From the IMG/VR virus record IMGVR_UViG_2606217105_000018, positions 1-17,149 of that record: a stretch of DNA of 17,149 bases; one strand, written 5' to 3'. Below, piece after piece: positions 1 through 7,923 of the stretch. The DNA comes from a virus. Lineage: Duplodnaviria; Heunggongvirae; Uroviricota; Caudoviricetes. Within the stretch, counting starts at the first letter, position 1. Each line of letters opens with the position of its first letter. The notes beneath the pieces are model-generated. The model was not told the DNA's origin. It ran no database searches and saw only the letters and a program-made list of their open reading frames with translations. A program made the position numbers and the translations under genes.

Positions 1-1194
1 ATGGCGCGCATCACACGCCCCCTCACTAACAACGAGATCCTTAAAGCTAAACCCCGAGAAAAAGATTTCACTCTGCATGATGGGGACGGCCTGTTCTTAC
101 TCGTGAAAACATCTGGTAAAAAGCTCTGGCGCTTCCGATACCAACGTCCGGTAAGTAATAGCCGAACTAATCTGAGTCTCGGCTCATACCCTGCCATTAC
201 ACTCGCAGCTGCTCGCCAGTTACGCGACCAACATTTGGCTACACTCGCGCTGGGGATGGATCCACAACAGCAGCAAGAGCAAGCATCAGAGCAACGTCAG
301 ATTGAGCTGGATAGCATTTTCTCAACTGTCGCCGCCAACTGGTTCAAAATGAAGAGCAAAAGCGTCACTGAGGACTATGCGAAAGATATTTGGCGTTCTC
401 TAGATAAAGACGTATTCCCAGCAATAGGCGCGATACCTGTTCAGGAGATTAAGGCCAGAACGATAGTTGAAGCATTGGAACCAATCAAAGCACGCGGCGC
501 ATTAGAGACTGTTCGTCGCTTGGTCCAGCGCATTAACGAAATAATGATTTATGCAGTCAACACCGGCCTGATTGATGCTAACCCTGCATCAGGTGTTGGA
601 ATGGCATTTGAGAAACCCAAAAAGCAGAACATGCCCACGCTACGACCAGAAGAATTACCTAAGCTGATGCGTTCTTTGGTCATGTCAAACCTATCCGTTC
701 CGACTCGTTGCCTTATTGAATGGCAGCTCCTGACCCTTGTGCGCCCTTCTGAGGCTTCCGGCACTCGATGGGAAGAGATCGATCTCGATGCCAAACTCTG
801 GATGATTCCCGCCGAACGAATGAAGGCTAAGCGAGAACATATTGTCCCATTATCAGCACAAGCATTAGAATTACTTGATACAATGGAACCTATCAGTAAA
901 CATAGGGAGTATGTTTTCCCAAGCAGAAATGATCCTAAAAAAAATATGAATAGTCAGACGGCTAATGCGGCACTTAAACGCATAGGCTATGGTGGGAAAC
1001 TGGTCGCTCACGGATTACGTTCTATAGCAAGTACGGCCATGAACGAACATGGTTGGAATGCTGATATCATTGAATCAGCTCTTGCGCATATTGATAAAAA
1101 TGAAGTTCGTAGAGCATACAACAGGTCAACCTACTTGAGTCAACGGAGAGAGTTGATGAGTTGGTGGGCGGAAATAGTTAAACCAAGTAAGTAG
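1..1194 (+). CDS. intA: P4/CP4-57-type tyrosine integrase (IntA-like)
   Basis: 397-aa ORF. N-terminal block MAR.T.PLT..EI.KAKP...D..L.DGDGL.LL.K.SG.K.W.FRY and C-terminal block HGLRSIAST..NE.G...D.IE.ALAH.D.NEVRRAYNRS.YL.QRR..M.WWA match my recollection of conserved P4-family integrase sequence. The ORF begins at base 1, so any upstream att/tRNA lies outside the window. Confidence 0.9.
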   Translation: MARITRPLTNNEILKAKPREKDFTLHDGDGLFLLVKTSGKKLWRFRYQRPVSNSRTNLSLGSYPAITLAAARQLRDQHLATLALGMDPQQQQEQASEQRQIELDSIFSTVAANWFKMKSKSVTEDYAKDIWRSLDKDVFPAIGAIPVQEIKARTIVEALEPIKARGALETVRRLVQRINEIMIYAVNTGLIDANPASGVGMAFEKPKKQNMPTLRPEELPKLMRSLVMSNLSVPTRCLIEWQLLTLVRPSEASGTRWEEIDLDAKLWMIPAERMKAKREHIVPLSAQALELLDTMEPISKHREYVFPSRNDPKKNMNSQTANAALKRIGYGGKLVAHGLRSIASTAMNEHGWNADIIESALAHIDKNEVRRAYNRSTYLSQRRELMSWWAEIVKPSK

Positions 1195-1202
1195 ATAAAA
1201 TT

Positions 1203-2399
1203 ATGAGCGACTTCGATAGAATTGAGGAATTAGCAGGAGAAGGGGTCTACTCAGGCGTAGAACTCGAAGACGAGATGTCTCAGGATGACAACTCCGACAA
1301 GGAGCCATTCGATACAGATTCAATTTCAATTACTCCTAAGACAGTAGCATTGGATACTGTCTTACGCCGTATAAAAAATAATACAATAAAACTAGCTCCA
1401 GATTTTCAGCGTAGTTATGTTTGGGATAAAAAAAGGAAAAGTCAGTTAATTGAATCAATGATGCTGAAGATTCCATTACCGATGTTTTATGTTTCTGAAG
1501 ATAAAAATGGTGTATGGGAAGTTGTTGATGGATTGCAGCGCCTTACTACTATTAAAGATTTCATTTTAGGACCAGACTATGATGGTAAAGGATTTAAATT
1601 ATCTGGATTAGAGTTCTGGAGCACTCCATATGATGGCTATGATTATTTTAATTTAGAGAAGAATGATGAAAATATAAAAATAATCAATAATATTATGGAG
1701 ACTGAACTATCATTCATCATTATAAACCCTGAAACACCAGAAAAAGTTAAGAGAAATATTTTCAAGAGAATCAACACAGGTGGAATGCGGCTATCAAATC
1801 AAGAGATTAGACATGCGTTATATCAAGGGCGCGCCAGCATACTATTGAAATCCATGGTTGAAAATGATGTTTATAATGATGTTGTAGGTAGAACAGTCAA
1901 AGATGACAGAATGGCTGGTAGAGAGCTTATACTAAGGTATTTAGCTTTTACATTATTCGGCTACAATAATTATTATGGAGATATGGATGATTTTTTATCA
2001 AACACAATGAAAGCTTTAAATAATGAGAAAATTAAAGAACTTCCTTTAATTGATATACCTGAGGATGACGTTATCATTAACACATTCGAATTAGGTTTGC
2101 ACCGAACATATGAGATTTTTGGAGAACATTCTTTTCGAAAATCGTTACCTGGAGATACCAGAAAAACACCCGTTAACAAATCTCTTTTCGAACTATGGTT
2201 GTACTTATTAACAAGAGCTAAAAAAGACTCATATGACGAAATCATCTTGAAAAAAGATATTTTACTGAATGAATATAAAGACCTTCTTCAAAATTATGAG
2301 TTTATGAATTCAATAAGCCGACATGGTGCTGGAGTACAAGGCGCTAAATTTCGTAAAGATTGTCTTTTGGACTTACTAAAGAGAGTAATCAATGCTTGA
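1203..2399 (+). CDS. DUF262 (ParB/Srx-like) domain protein, cargo gene A
   Basis: 398-aa ORF. N-terminal half carries the DUF262 signature as I recall it (FQRSYVW ... IPLPMFYV ... VVDGLQRLTTI ... INTGGMRLSNQEIRHAL). No HNH/DUF1524-like His-Me motif is evident in the C-terminal half. Starts 8 bp after the int stop and overlaps the next gene by 8 bp. Region is strongly AT-rich compared with int. Confidence 0.7.
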   Translation: MSDFDRIEELAGEGVYSGVELEDEMSQDDNSDKEPFDTDSISITPKTVALDTVLRRIKNNTIKLAPDFQRSYVWDKKRKSQLIESMMLKIPLPMFYVSEDKNGVWEVVDGLQRLTTIKDFILGPDYDGKGFKLSGLEFWSTPYDGYDYFNLEKNDENIKIINNIMETELSFIIINPETPEKVKRNIFKRINTGGMRLSNQEIRHALYQGRASILLKSMVENDVYNDVVGRTVKDDRMAGRELILRYLAFTLFGYNNYYGDMDDFLSNTMKALNNEKIKELPLIDIPEDDVIINTFELGLHRTYEIFGEHSFRKSLPGDTRKTPVNKSLFELWLYLLTRAKKDSYDEIILKKDILLNEYKDLLQNYEFMNSISRHGAGVQGAKFRKDCLLDLLKRVINA

Positions 2400-3459
2400 T
2401 GAACTTGTTTTAAAATCATTTAAATCCTTTATCTATTCAAAGTTAGAACTTTCTAACATAACTGTACTCACTGGGCTAAATAGCAGTGGTAAAAGTTCAG
2501 TTCTACAAGCAATAAGAATGTGCAAATTAGTAGATAAAGACCACTCACCATATATTCAAGGATTTGGTGGGTTTACCGATCTCAAATCAAAATTGACCTC
2601 TCAACAAAAGCCTGTGCAGATTCTTCTTTCTAGTAAAGAAATGAAAAATTATCTATATCTATCACTAAGAGAAAATATAAACAAACACAGAACAAGAATA
2701 GATAGGTTTTCGGTAGAATATATCTCAGCTGATAGACATGGTCCATGCGTAACATTACCTATTATGCCTCAGGATATTGATGATATTACTGTTGGTGAAA
2801 AAGGTGAGTACTTTGCAGATTATTACTCAAAATTTGAAAGTGTTATAATACCTGAAAAACTTCGCCATGCTAATTCAACAGGAAATACGTTAAAGCATCA
2901 AATTAATCACTGGATGGGAGAAATATCACCTGGTGTTGATTTGAATTTCTCCGTTACGAAAGAGCAAGATATTTCCCATCTAGGGGTTAATGGTTTCAGA
3001 GCAACTAATACAGGGTTTGGAATAAGTTATTCACTCCCGATCGTGTTAAGTGCATTAGTAATGTCTTCAGAGGCTCCGCTAGATAGCTTCAAGCAGTCAA
3101 AAATGAAAGCATGGCATTCTAATAAAAATAAAATTTTAATAATAGAAAATCCTGAGGCGCATTTGCACCCAAAAGGCCAAACAGCTCTCGGATTATTGTT
3201 AGCTATAGCATCTTCTTGTGGTGTCCAGATAATTGTTGAAACACATAGTGACCATTTTATTGATGGCGTTCGATTAGCAGTCAAAAATGTAGGTGCTACA
3301 CTGGCTCAAAAAAGTATCATTTATTATTTTACGCGTGAGAAAGATAAGGATACAAAAATAGAGAAAATCAGAATAAAAGAAGATGGGAAGCTCACAAGCT
3401 GGCCAGAAGGTTTCTTTGACCAAAGCACAATTAATTTATCTAAATTAGCAAAAAAATAA
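2392..3459 (+). CDS. ABC/AAA_21-type ATPase (DUF3696-like C-terminus), cargo gene B
   Basis: 355-aa ORF. Walker A GLNSSGKSS near the N-terminus; Walker B-like ILIIENPEAHLHP followed by ETHSDHF (H-loop-like) near the C-terminus, typical of small SMC/ABC-like AAA_21 ATPases. The start overlaps the gene A stop (ATGCTTGA). Confidence 0.7.
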   Translation: MLDELVLKSFKSFIYSKLELSNITVLTGLNSSGKSSVLQAIRMCKLVDKDHSPYIQGFGGFTDLKSKLTSQQKPVQILLSSKEMKNYLYLSLRENINKHRTRIDRFSVEYISADRHGPCVTLPIMPQDIDDITVGEKGEYFADYYSKFESVIIPEKLRHANSTGNTLKHQINHWMGEISPGVDLNFSVTKEQDISHLGVNGFRATNTGFGISYSLPIVLSALVMSSEAPLDSFKQSKMKAWHSNKNKILIIENPEAHLHPKGQTALGLLLAIASSCGVQIIVETHSDHFIDGVRLAVKNVGATLAQKSIIYYFTREKDKDTKIEKIRIKEDGKLTSWPEGFFDQSTINLSKLAKK

Positions 3460-3461
3460 AA

Positions 3462-4370
3462 ATGAATATAATCAACTACTTAGATGAAAGATGGGTGGTG
3501 GAGTTATGTGCTAATATTCAAGATAACTCCAAAGAACTTGAGTGTTTCTTAGAATTAGCCGAAGCTGTTAAGAAAAACTGCGGGCGTTCAAGCCTCTCTC
3601 TCACCTCAAATATATGGATAATTAAATGCGGTCACGATAATTTATGTGACATCTTATATGGCCCTTTAACTCAAGATCCTGATTTAAGGGATTACCTTTT
3701 AAGACTGGCAAGAATCATTGATGAAGCTGATAGTTATGAAATAGGCAAACCTGAAACTCACGCATATAACTCAGAAGCTCATGCGGCTTTACACCATAAT
3801 AAGGCAGGAGGCCTTTTATATAAAGAAAATGAAGAATTACCTTGGTGGGATGATAGTTCCATGATATTAATTGACTGCCAAGACAAAATACTTTCTTTAT
3901 TCCGAAAACTTCCTATTTACCACAATATGGGTCTAGACGAATTTGATAGTTATCTAGAGAAATGCTTTCCTAATATATATTTTCTCGATGATGCGAGAGA
4001 TTTTTCTAAAACAGATATTAGCGAAAAAAACGACACAAAACTTTCGGTTATTATAAAGCATTTATCATATCTTAATGATCATGCACAATATGACTACCTT
4101 ATAGATCCAGAACAGTTTGAGCAAAAAGCACTTTCTCATGGTGTAGAACTATCTAGAGAAAGCAGCAGTACAAAACGAAACCAAGATGCAGTTAAAGAAA
4201 GAACAAAAAAAATAAATGAGGAGGCTCTTTTCTTTGAATTACACACCAAACTCAGTAGAGAAAAAGGTAGAATCCATTTTCATATAGGCTCAAGCCTGAG
4301 CGAAAAAATAAATAAATTAAGTGAAGGTCGTCTAATAGTTGGCATTGTGTGCAAACACTTATCAACTTAA
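3462..4370 (+). CDS. hypothetical protein, cargo gene C (no recognisable motif)
   Basis: 302-aa ORF starting 2 bp after the gene B stop; same strand and same low-GC composition as genes A and B. I could not recognise any catalytic motif by eye. Confidence 0.55.
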   Translation: MNIINYLDERWVVELCANIQDNSKELECFLELAEAVKKNCGRSSLSLTSNIWIIKCGHDNLCDILYGPLTQDPDLRDYLLRLARIIDEADSYEIGKPETHAYNSEAHAALHHNKAGGLLYKENEELPWWDDSSMILIDCQDKILSLFRKLPIYHNMGLDEFDSYLEKCFPNIYFLDDARDFSKTDISEKNDTKLSVIIKHLSYLNDHAQYDYLIDPEQFEQKALSHGVELSRESSSTKRNQDAVKERTKKINEEALFFELHTKLSREKGRIHFHIGSSLSEKINKLSEGRLIVGIVCKHLST

Positions 4371-4810
4371 TTAGTACCTCAATATTAAGCTGCCACTTTA
4401 ATCACTCATGATAAGTGGCACCTATTCATTTCAATAAAATTCCCCCTAATAAAAATCAGCACTTTTTTTTCAAATAAATAAATCAGTAACAATATTCACA
4501 TGTATAGCGGCAGAATAATTTTTTCTTAAATATCACACAATCTACATCGTGGGCCGATTTTAATGTAAGAGTACGTGTAAGGATCTAATTTGCAAAGATA
4601 GATTATTGCACGTACACATATAATTCGTTCTAAAATCTATGAGTTGCGATCATGACGCCAATAAGTATGCCTTCACGATGCGAGCCCCCCTCGTCCTGTA
4701 AGTATCCCACATCCCCCTACCTACCAATAACTTGTTGTCACTATTTATAGCTCTCTTGTTTGAATCTCAACAACAACAGTAAAAAATATGCACATTACTG
4801 CTGGCGCGCA

Positions 4811-4829
4811 ATGCTCTCCCCGCCACGCC
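4811..4829 (-). other. cos: cos-like site (P2/P4-type 19-nt cohesive end, about 16/19 match)
   Basis: Reverse complement of ATGCTCTCCCCGCCACGCC is GGCGTGGCGGGGAGAGCAT, compared with the P2/P4 cohesive end GGCGAGGCGGGGAAAGCAC as I remember it. It lies between the int-proximal cargo and psu, where cos sits in a P4 prophage. Confidence 0.4.
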
Positions 4830-4930
4830 TGCCCGCTTAAGAGGTCGCTTTTAATGCAGGTGCATGAACCAACTCAAGCCGCGCCGGTACTGGTGTTGCG
4901 TGGGATAAAAAATACGGGGATTTGCATGCA

Positions 4931-4963
4931 AAACCATGCACCTTATGGATGCATGGTTTTTTT
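4931..4963. terminator. stem-loop with T-tract, probable bidirectional terminator downstream of psu
   Basis: AAACCATGCA (4931-4940) pairs with TGCATGGTTT (4950-4959) around a 9-nt loop, followed by a run of 7 T on the plus strand. On the minus strand the same stem is followed by TTTTG about 40 nt after the psu stop. Confidence 0.45.
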
Positions 4964-5002
4964 CGGGAAAAATAGCGGAATTTTCGGGGATTTTTTTGCG
5001 TG

Positions 5003-5569
5003 CTACCGTGCGGCCAGTTCTGCACGTCGGCGGGGGTAAATCAGGTTCTGTGCCGGGGTGAATTTCTCGCGATTATCATCCCGCGAAGCCGCATCAGGCC
5101 TGAATCCGATGGCCGTTAAAATATCGTTGTCCTGCACGGAATAATTAATTTTTTTACCTGCGGCCAGCCACACCGACAGGGCTTCACGCAGATAATCAAC
5201 CGAGTGCTGCATGGCGCTCTGTTTTACTGCGGGAAGCTGTTCGTTATACCCCATCAGCTCAGGTGCCAGCGTGGCGGCCAGCTCCGCGCCGTGCTGCTGC
5301 ATAAATTCATGGAGCCGGTTGCGGATACTGATGTGCTGCACTTCCTCATGTGAGCGGATATAGCGACCGGCGGCCTGATTAATCTCCCATTTTTTCACGT
5401 CGATATCGTCGCGCAAATCCTGCATTCTGCTCGGGATTTGTTCGTCACCGGCAAGGAGCTGTTCACGGTATTCCCGTTCAAGGTCTGCCAGTTCGGCTTT
5501 ACGTTTCAGCCAGGTATTTTTGTTCGTCTGACAGGCCTCAAAGGCCTGCTGTATGGTCACAGTGGTCAC
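5003..5569 (-). CDS. psu: Psu, polarity suppression protein (P4-type, capsid decoration / Rho antagonist)
   Basis: 188-aa ORF with a GTG start preceded by AGGAG. Blocks QQAF..CQ.NK..W, VNQAAGRYIRSHE.VQHISIR.RL..FMQQHG..LAA.LAPELMGY, INYS.QD.DILT.IGFRPD.AS.DD.REKFTPAQN match my recollection of P4 Psu. Sits directly after delta on the same strand. Confidence 0.85.
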   Translation of the reverse strand: MTTVTIQQAFEACQTNKNTWLKRKAELADLEREYREQLLAGDEQIPSRMQDLRDDIDVKKWEINQAAGRYIRSHEEVQHISIRNRLHEFMQQHGAELAATLAPELMGYNEQLPAVKQSAMQHSVDYLREALSVWLAAGKKINYSVQDNDILTAIGFRPDAASRDDNREKFTPAQNLIYPRRRAELAAR

Positions 5570-5584
5570 GAGTCTCTCTCCTGA

Positions 5585-5824
5585 TTAATGCCGGAACGGC
5601 GAACTGTAGCAGCCCTGCACCTTACGCGGCGGTGGTGGCGCCACCGGCGCGGGGTCGGTTTTCTCCGGGGCGGCACGTATCACACCGTCAACCGACTCGA
5701 TGGTGCGGAAAGTGGCCGAACATTCGATATTGGTACACTGGTGATAACGCTGTTTGACGTTTTCCGACAGATAACGGCTGGTACGGACGTGCGCGGTCTT
5801 TTTGCAGAACGGACAGTGAAACAT
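5585..5824 (-). CDS. delta: Delta/Ogr-family zinc-finger late-gene activator
   Basis: 79-aa ORF MFHCPFC..TAHVRTSRY......RYHQC.N..CSATF with the C-x2-C ... C-x4-C Ogr/Delta zinc-finger pattern. Lies between sid and psu as in P4. Confidence 0.85.
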   Translation of the reverse strand: MFHCPFCKKTAHVRTSRYLSENVKQRYHQCTNIECSATFRTIESVDGVIRAAPEKTDPAPVAPPPPRKVQGCYSSPFRH

Positions 5825-5827
5825 GAT

Positions 5828-6573
5828 TCAGCCCTCTGCCTGTTCGTGGTCTTTTGCGGCCAGTTCAGCGGCAAGCTTCATCCGTCTGGCCGGGCTTCTT
5901 AACAGCGCCATATCAACCCCGGTTATGACCGGGCGATTCATGCCCGTTACGGACAGAACCGGCTCCTGCTCCATATCGAAATGATACAGGGCTGACTGCA
6001 GATTCAGGGCATCGCCCAGCTCGCGGGTCACGGTCGCACGCGGCGAGGTTTCTCCGCTCATTTCCAGCGACCGTATACGCAACAGAAAGGCACGTAACAG
6101 TGCGGGGCTGATACCGGCCAGCACTTTCTTCCATTCGCTGTTGGCGTAAGTGGTGAATGCTTTTTCGTGGGCGCTGATATAAGCCGTACCGGAGGAGCAT
6201 GCGCCAAGCATGGCGAGGCCTTTGTCTTTCTCCAGCTCGGTAATCAGACCGGTGAACTCATCAGCCAGTTCTCGGCTGGCGATACGTTTACTGTGTTCAG
6301 CTTTCAGTTCAGGAGTGAGGTTGCCGCGCAGAGTTCGAAAGCGGCTGCGCCAGTCCTGTTCGGCCTGTGCACTTTCACTGAGCGCGGTCTGTCGTTCCTG
6401 CTCACAACGCTGAATGGAAGCCTCAATGTCGCTGAGTTTACCCATGCTGGCCGTGTGTGCGTCTTTTGCTTCGTTAAGTGCGGCCAGCGCACCGGCAATA
6501 AGTTGTTCCGCGCCTTCATCCTGTTTACTGATAACGGTCTGCATGGCTTTGATAATGAGTTCGGGTTTCATGT
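5828..6573 (-). CDS. sid: Sid-like external scaffold (capsid size determination) protein
   Basis: Ala/Glu-rich, probably coiled-coil, protein immediately upstream of delta-psu on the same strand. I prefer the ATG at 6573 (MKPELI..., GGAG about 8 nt upstream) over the longer ORF starting at 6637, because a TGT-N12-ACA dyad at 6644-6661 would otherwise fall inside the coding region. Confidence 0.65.
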
Positions 6574-6643
6574 TCAGGCTCTCCGTGTGTTCAACCTGAA
6601 ATGATTCTGACGCCTCCTGCACAACAACACGATTCATTGCCGT

Positions 6644-6661
6644 TGTCAGAGTGCTGGCACA
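6644..6661 (-). promoter_or_regulatory. TGT-N12-ACA dyad, candidate Delta/Ogr activator site of a Psid-like late promoter
   Basis: TGTcagagtgctggcACA centred about 80 bp upstream of the proposed sid start. P2/P4 late promoters carry a TGT-N12-ACA element near -55. Such a 6-nt-defined dyad also occurs by chance, so position is the main argument. Confidence 0.3.
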
Positions 6662-6740
6662 AACAGACCTTAAAATCAGGCTGGCCAGAGAAAGGTCGCA
6701 GGAAAACCTTACTCACCGTTTGTTTTTTTACTTATAACTA

Positions 6741-6842
6741 TTCACCACTGTTCACCTTAAATAAAAAGATAAGTAATACAGTAAGTTAAATGGTTAACAG
6801 TTGAAGGTCTGACTGTTCACCGTCTGTTCACCACTGTTCACC
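6741..6842. repeat. cluster of TGTTCACC iterons (P4 ori-like alpha-binding sites)
   Basis: TGTTCACC at 6749-6756, 6814-6821, 6825-6832 and 6835-6842, plus a partial copy at 6741-6748, in the sid/vis divergent intergenic region. This octamer is the P4 type I iteron bound by alpha protein. Confidence 0.6.
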
Positions 6843-6924
6843 CTCCTGTTTTGCTCTGGTTATAGCATTTAGACTTTATTTTGATTAAAAATGAAAAATA
6901 TATAACTAAAAGCAATAGAAATTG

Positions 6925-6984
6925 CTGCATTGTAATGCAGTGATTTGCATATGTTTGCCAGCGTTTGCCATTGTTTGCCAGAGC
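6925..6984. promoter_or_regulatory. palindrome TGCATTGTAATGCA followed by three direct GTTTGCCA repeats upstream of the vis-like gene
   Basis: The sequence TGCATTGTAATGCAgtgatttgcatatGTTTGCCAgcGTTTGCCAttGTTTGCCAgag can be read directly. It lies about 130-180 bp upstream of the 7109 start, so it is a candidate operator for the early/late switch. Confidence 0.3.
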
Positions 6985-7108
6985 GAAAAGTCAATGTTTG
7001 TTTCCCCGAAAATCTCACATGACCTGAGGAAAAATATAGACATAATAAGGAGCTACCCGAAGCCGGACGGACACGACCGGCACTGTATGGACTTTGTGAG
7101 GTAGCCCG

Positions 7109-7375
7109 ATGCACACTGCTTTTTCTTCCCCGTCTTCTGCCCCTGCCGCGCCGCTGATGCCGGTTTCTGATACCGTTCACGAGCGCTTTATCCGTCTGCC
7201 CGAAGTGATGCATCTGTGCGGCCTGTCCCGCTCGACCATTTACGACCTCATCAGCCGGGAAGCCTTCCCGAAACAAATCTCCCTCGGCGGAAAAAATGTG
7301 GCGTGGGCGCAGTCTGAAATCACTGCATGGATGGCGGATCGCATTGCCGAACGTAACCGGGGCTATGACGCATGA
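7109..7375 (+). CDS. alpA: AlpA/Vis-family excisionase-like transcriptional regulator
   Basis: 88-aa ORF. Core [55 protein letters not shown] is a typical AlpA-family helix-turn-helix. GAGG lies about 9 nt before the ATG at 7109; an alternative start at 7157 is possible. Confidence 0.8.
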   Translation: MHTAFSSPSSAPAAPLMPVSDTVHERFIRLPEVMHLCGLSRSTIYDLISREAFPKQISLGGKNVAWAQSEITAWMADRIAERNRGYDA

Positions 7376-7728
7376 TGATGACCATTCAGCAAACAGCCCC
7401 TTTTTCTGGCTTGCTTCTTTTCGCCGTTTCCAGGTATAGTTTTCCCGCTGTCGCAAAATCGGCAGCCGGGCGTAGGAACCCGAGTTACTCAATGGCGACA
7501 CCGGACGCGCCATGCGTCTTTTTTTACGTCGTTGCTCAGGCACACCCATTTTTCGGGCTGTGGTGTTTACACCTTAGCCCCTGTCAGATAATGGTGATCC
7601 GGGCGGGGCAGCCTTCGGGCTGGCCGGTATTCATTGAGGCCGGTATTCCTACCCCCGTTCGGGTCACCACCCATGAGCGTAGGAACTCCGGTGGTGGCAA
7701 TAACCGCTACTCAATGGAGGTTGCCACT
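7376..7728 (+). ncRNA. candidate P4-type immunity RNA / leader region with repeated complementary boxes
   Basis: GCGTAGGAAC occurs at 7471-7480 and 7676-7685; TACTCAATGG at 7486-7495 and 7709-7718; the complementary GTTCCTAC-like box (ggtattcctaccc) at about 7640-7652. This resembles the seqA/seqB/seqC arrangement of the P4 cI RNA system. Exact RNA ends are not determinable by eye. Confidence 0.25.
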
Positions 7729-7923
7729 ATGGCTACGACCCTCACCCCGTCACACCCGCAATTTGTCTTTGTGTTTGCTGCTGTTCGTCGCGCAGACCGT
7801 ACCCCTCGTATTTGTATGCTCCGCACCGTTGCCGGTGATGAGCACGCCGCACGCCTTTCTCTCGTTCGCGATTACGTTCTCTCGTTTGCTGGCCGTCTGC
7901 CGGTTGCGGAGGTTCGCGCATGA
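7729..7923 (+). CDS. small hypothetical protein of the satellite early operon
   Basis: ATG at 7729 with GGAGG 8 nt upstream; 64 codons ([16 protein letters not shown]...). Its stop overlaps the next start (ATGA). This is the only protein-like part of the long 7372..7923 ORF. Confidence 0.3.
   Translation: MATTLTPSHPQFVFVFAAVRRADRTPRICMLRTVAGDEHAARLSLVRDYVLSFAGRLPVAEVRA

Noticed and set aside
4788-5039. Overlapping 83-aa (+) and 62-aa (-) ORFs between the cargo and psu
   Set aside because: They overlap the cos-like site and the terminator hairpin, have no ribosome-binding site, and sit in a region expected to be non-coding in P4-type elements.
5588-6604. Plus- and minus-strand ORFs overlapping delta and sid (104, 64, 95, 145, 67, 71, 61 aa)
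   Set aside because: Alternative frames or antisense of the delta/sid coding region; no motifs, and delta/sid occupy the space in canonical order.
5828-6637. Longer sid ORF starting at 6637
   Set aside because: No ribosome-binding site, and it would place the TGT-N12-ACA dyad inside the coding region. The ATG at 6573 with GGAG is preferred, though not certain.
6869-7549. 226-aa minus-strand ORF across the vis/alpA region
   Set aside because: It is antisense to a well-supported AlpA-family gene and its promoter region, and the translation is Arg-rich and low-complexity.
7372-7923. 183-aa ORF spanning the whole vis-to-early-gene leader
   Set aside because: Most of the translation is non-protein-like, and the DNA contains repeated and complementary boxes more consistent with a structured RNA. 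Only the last 64 codons (7729-7923, with GGAGG) look like a possible gene.
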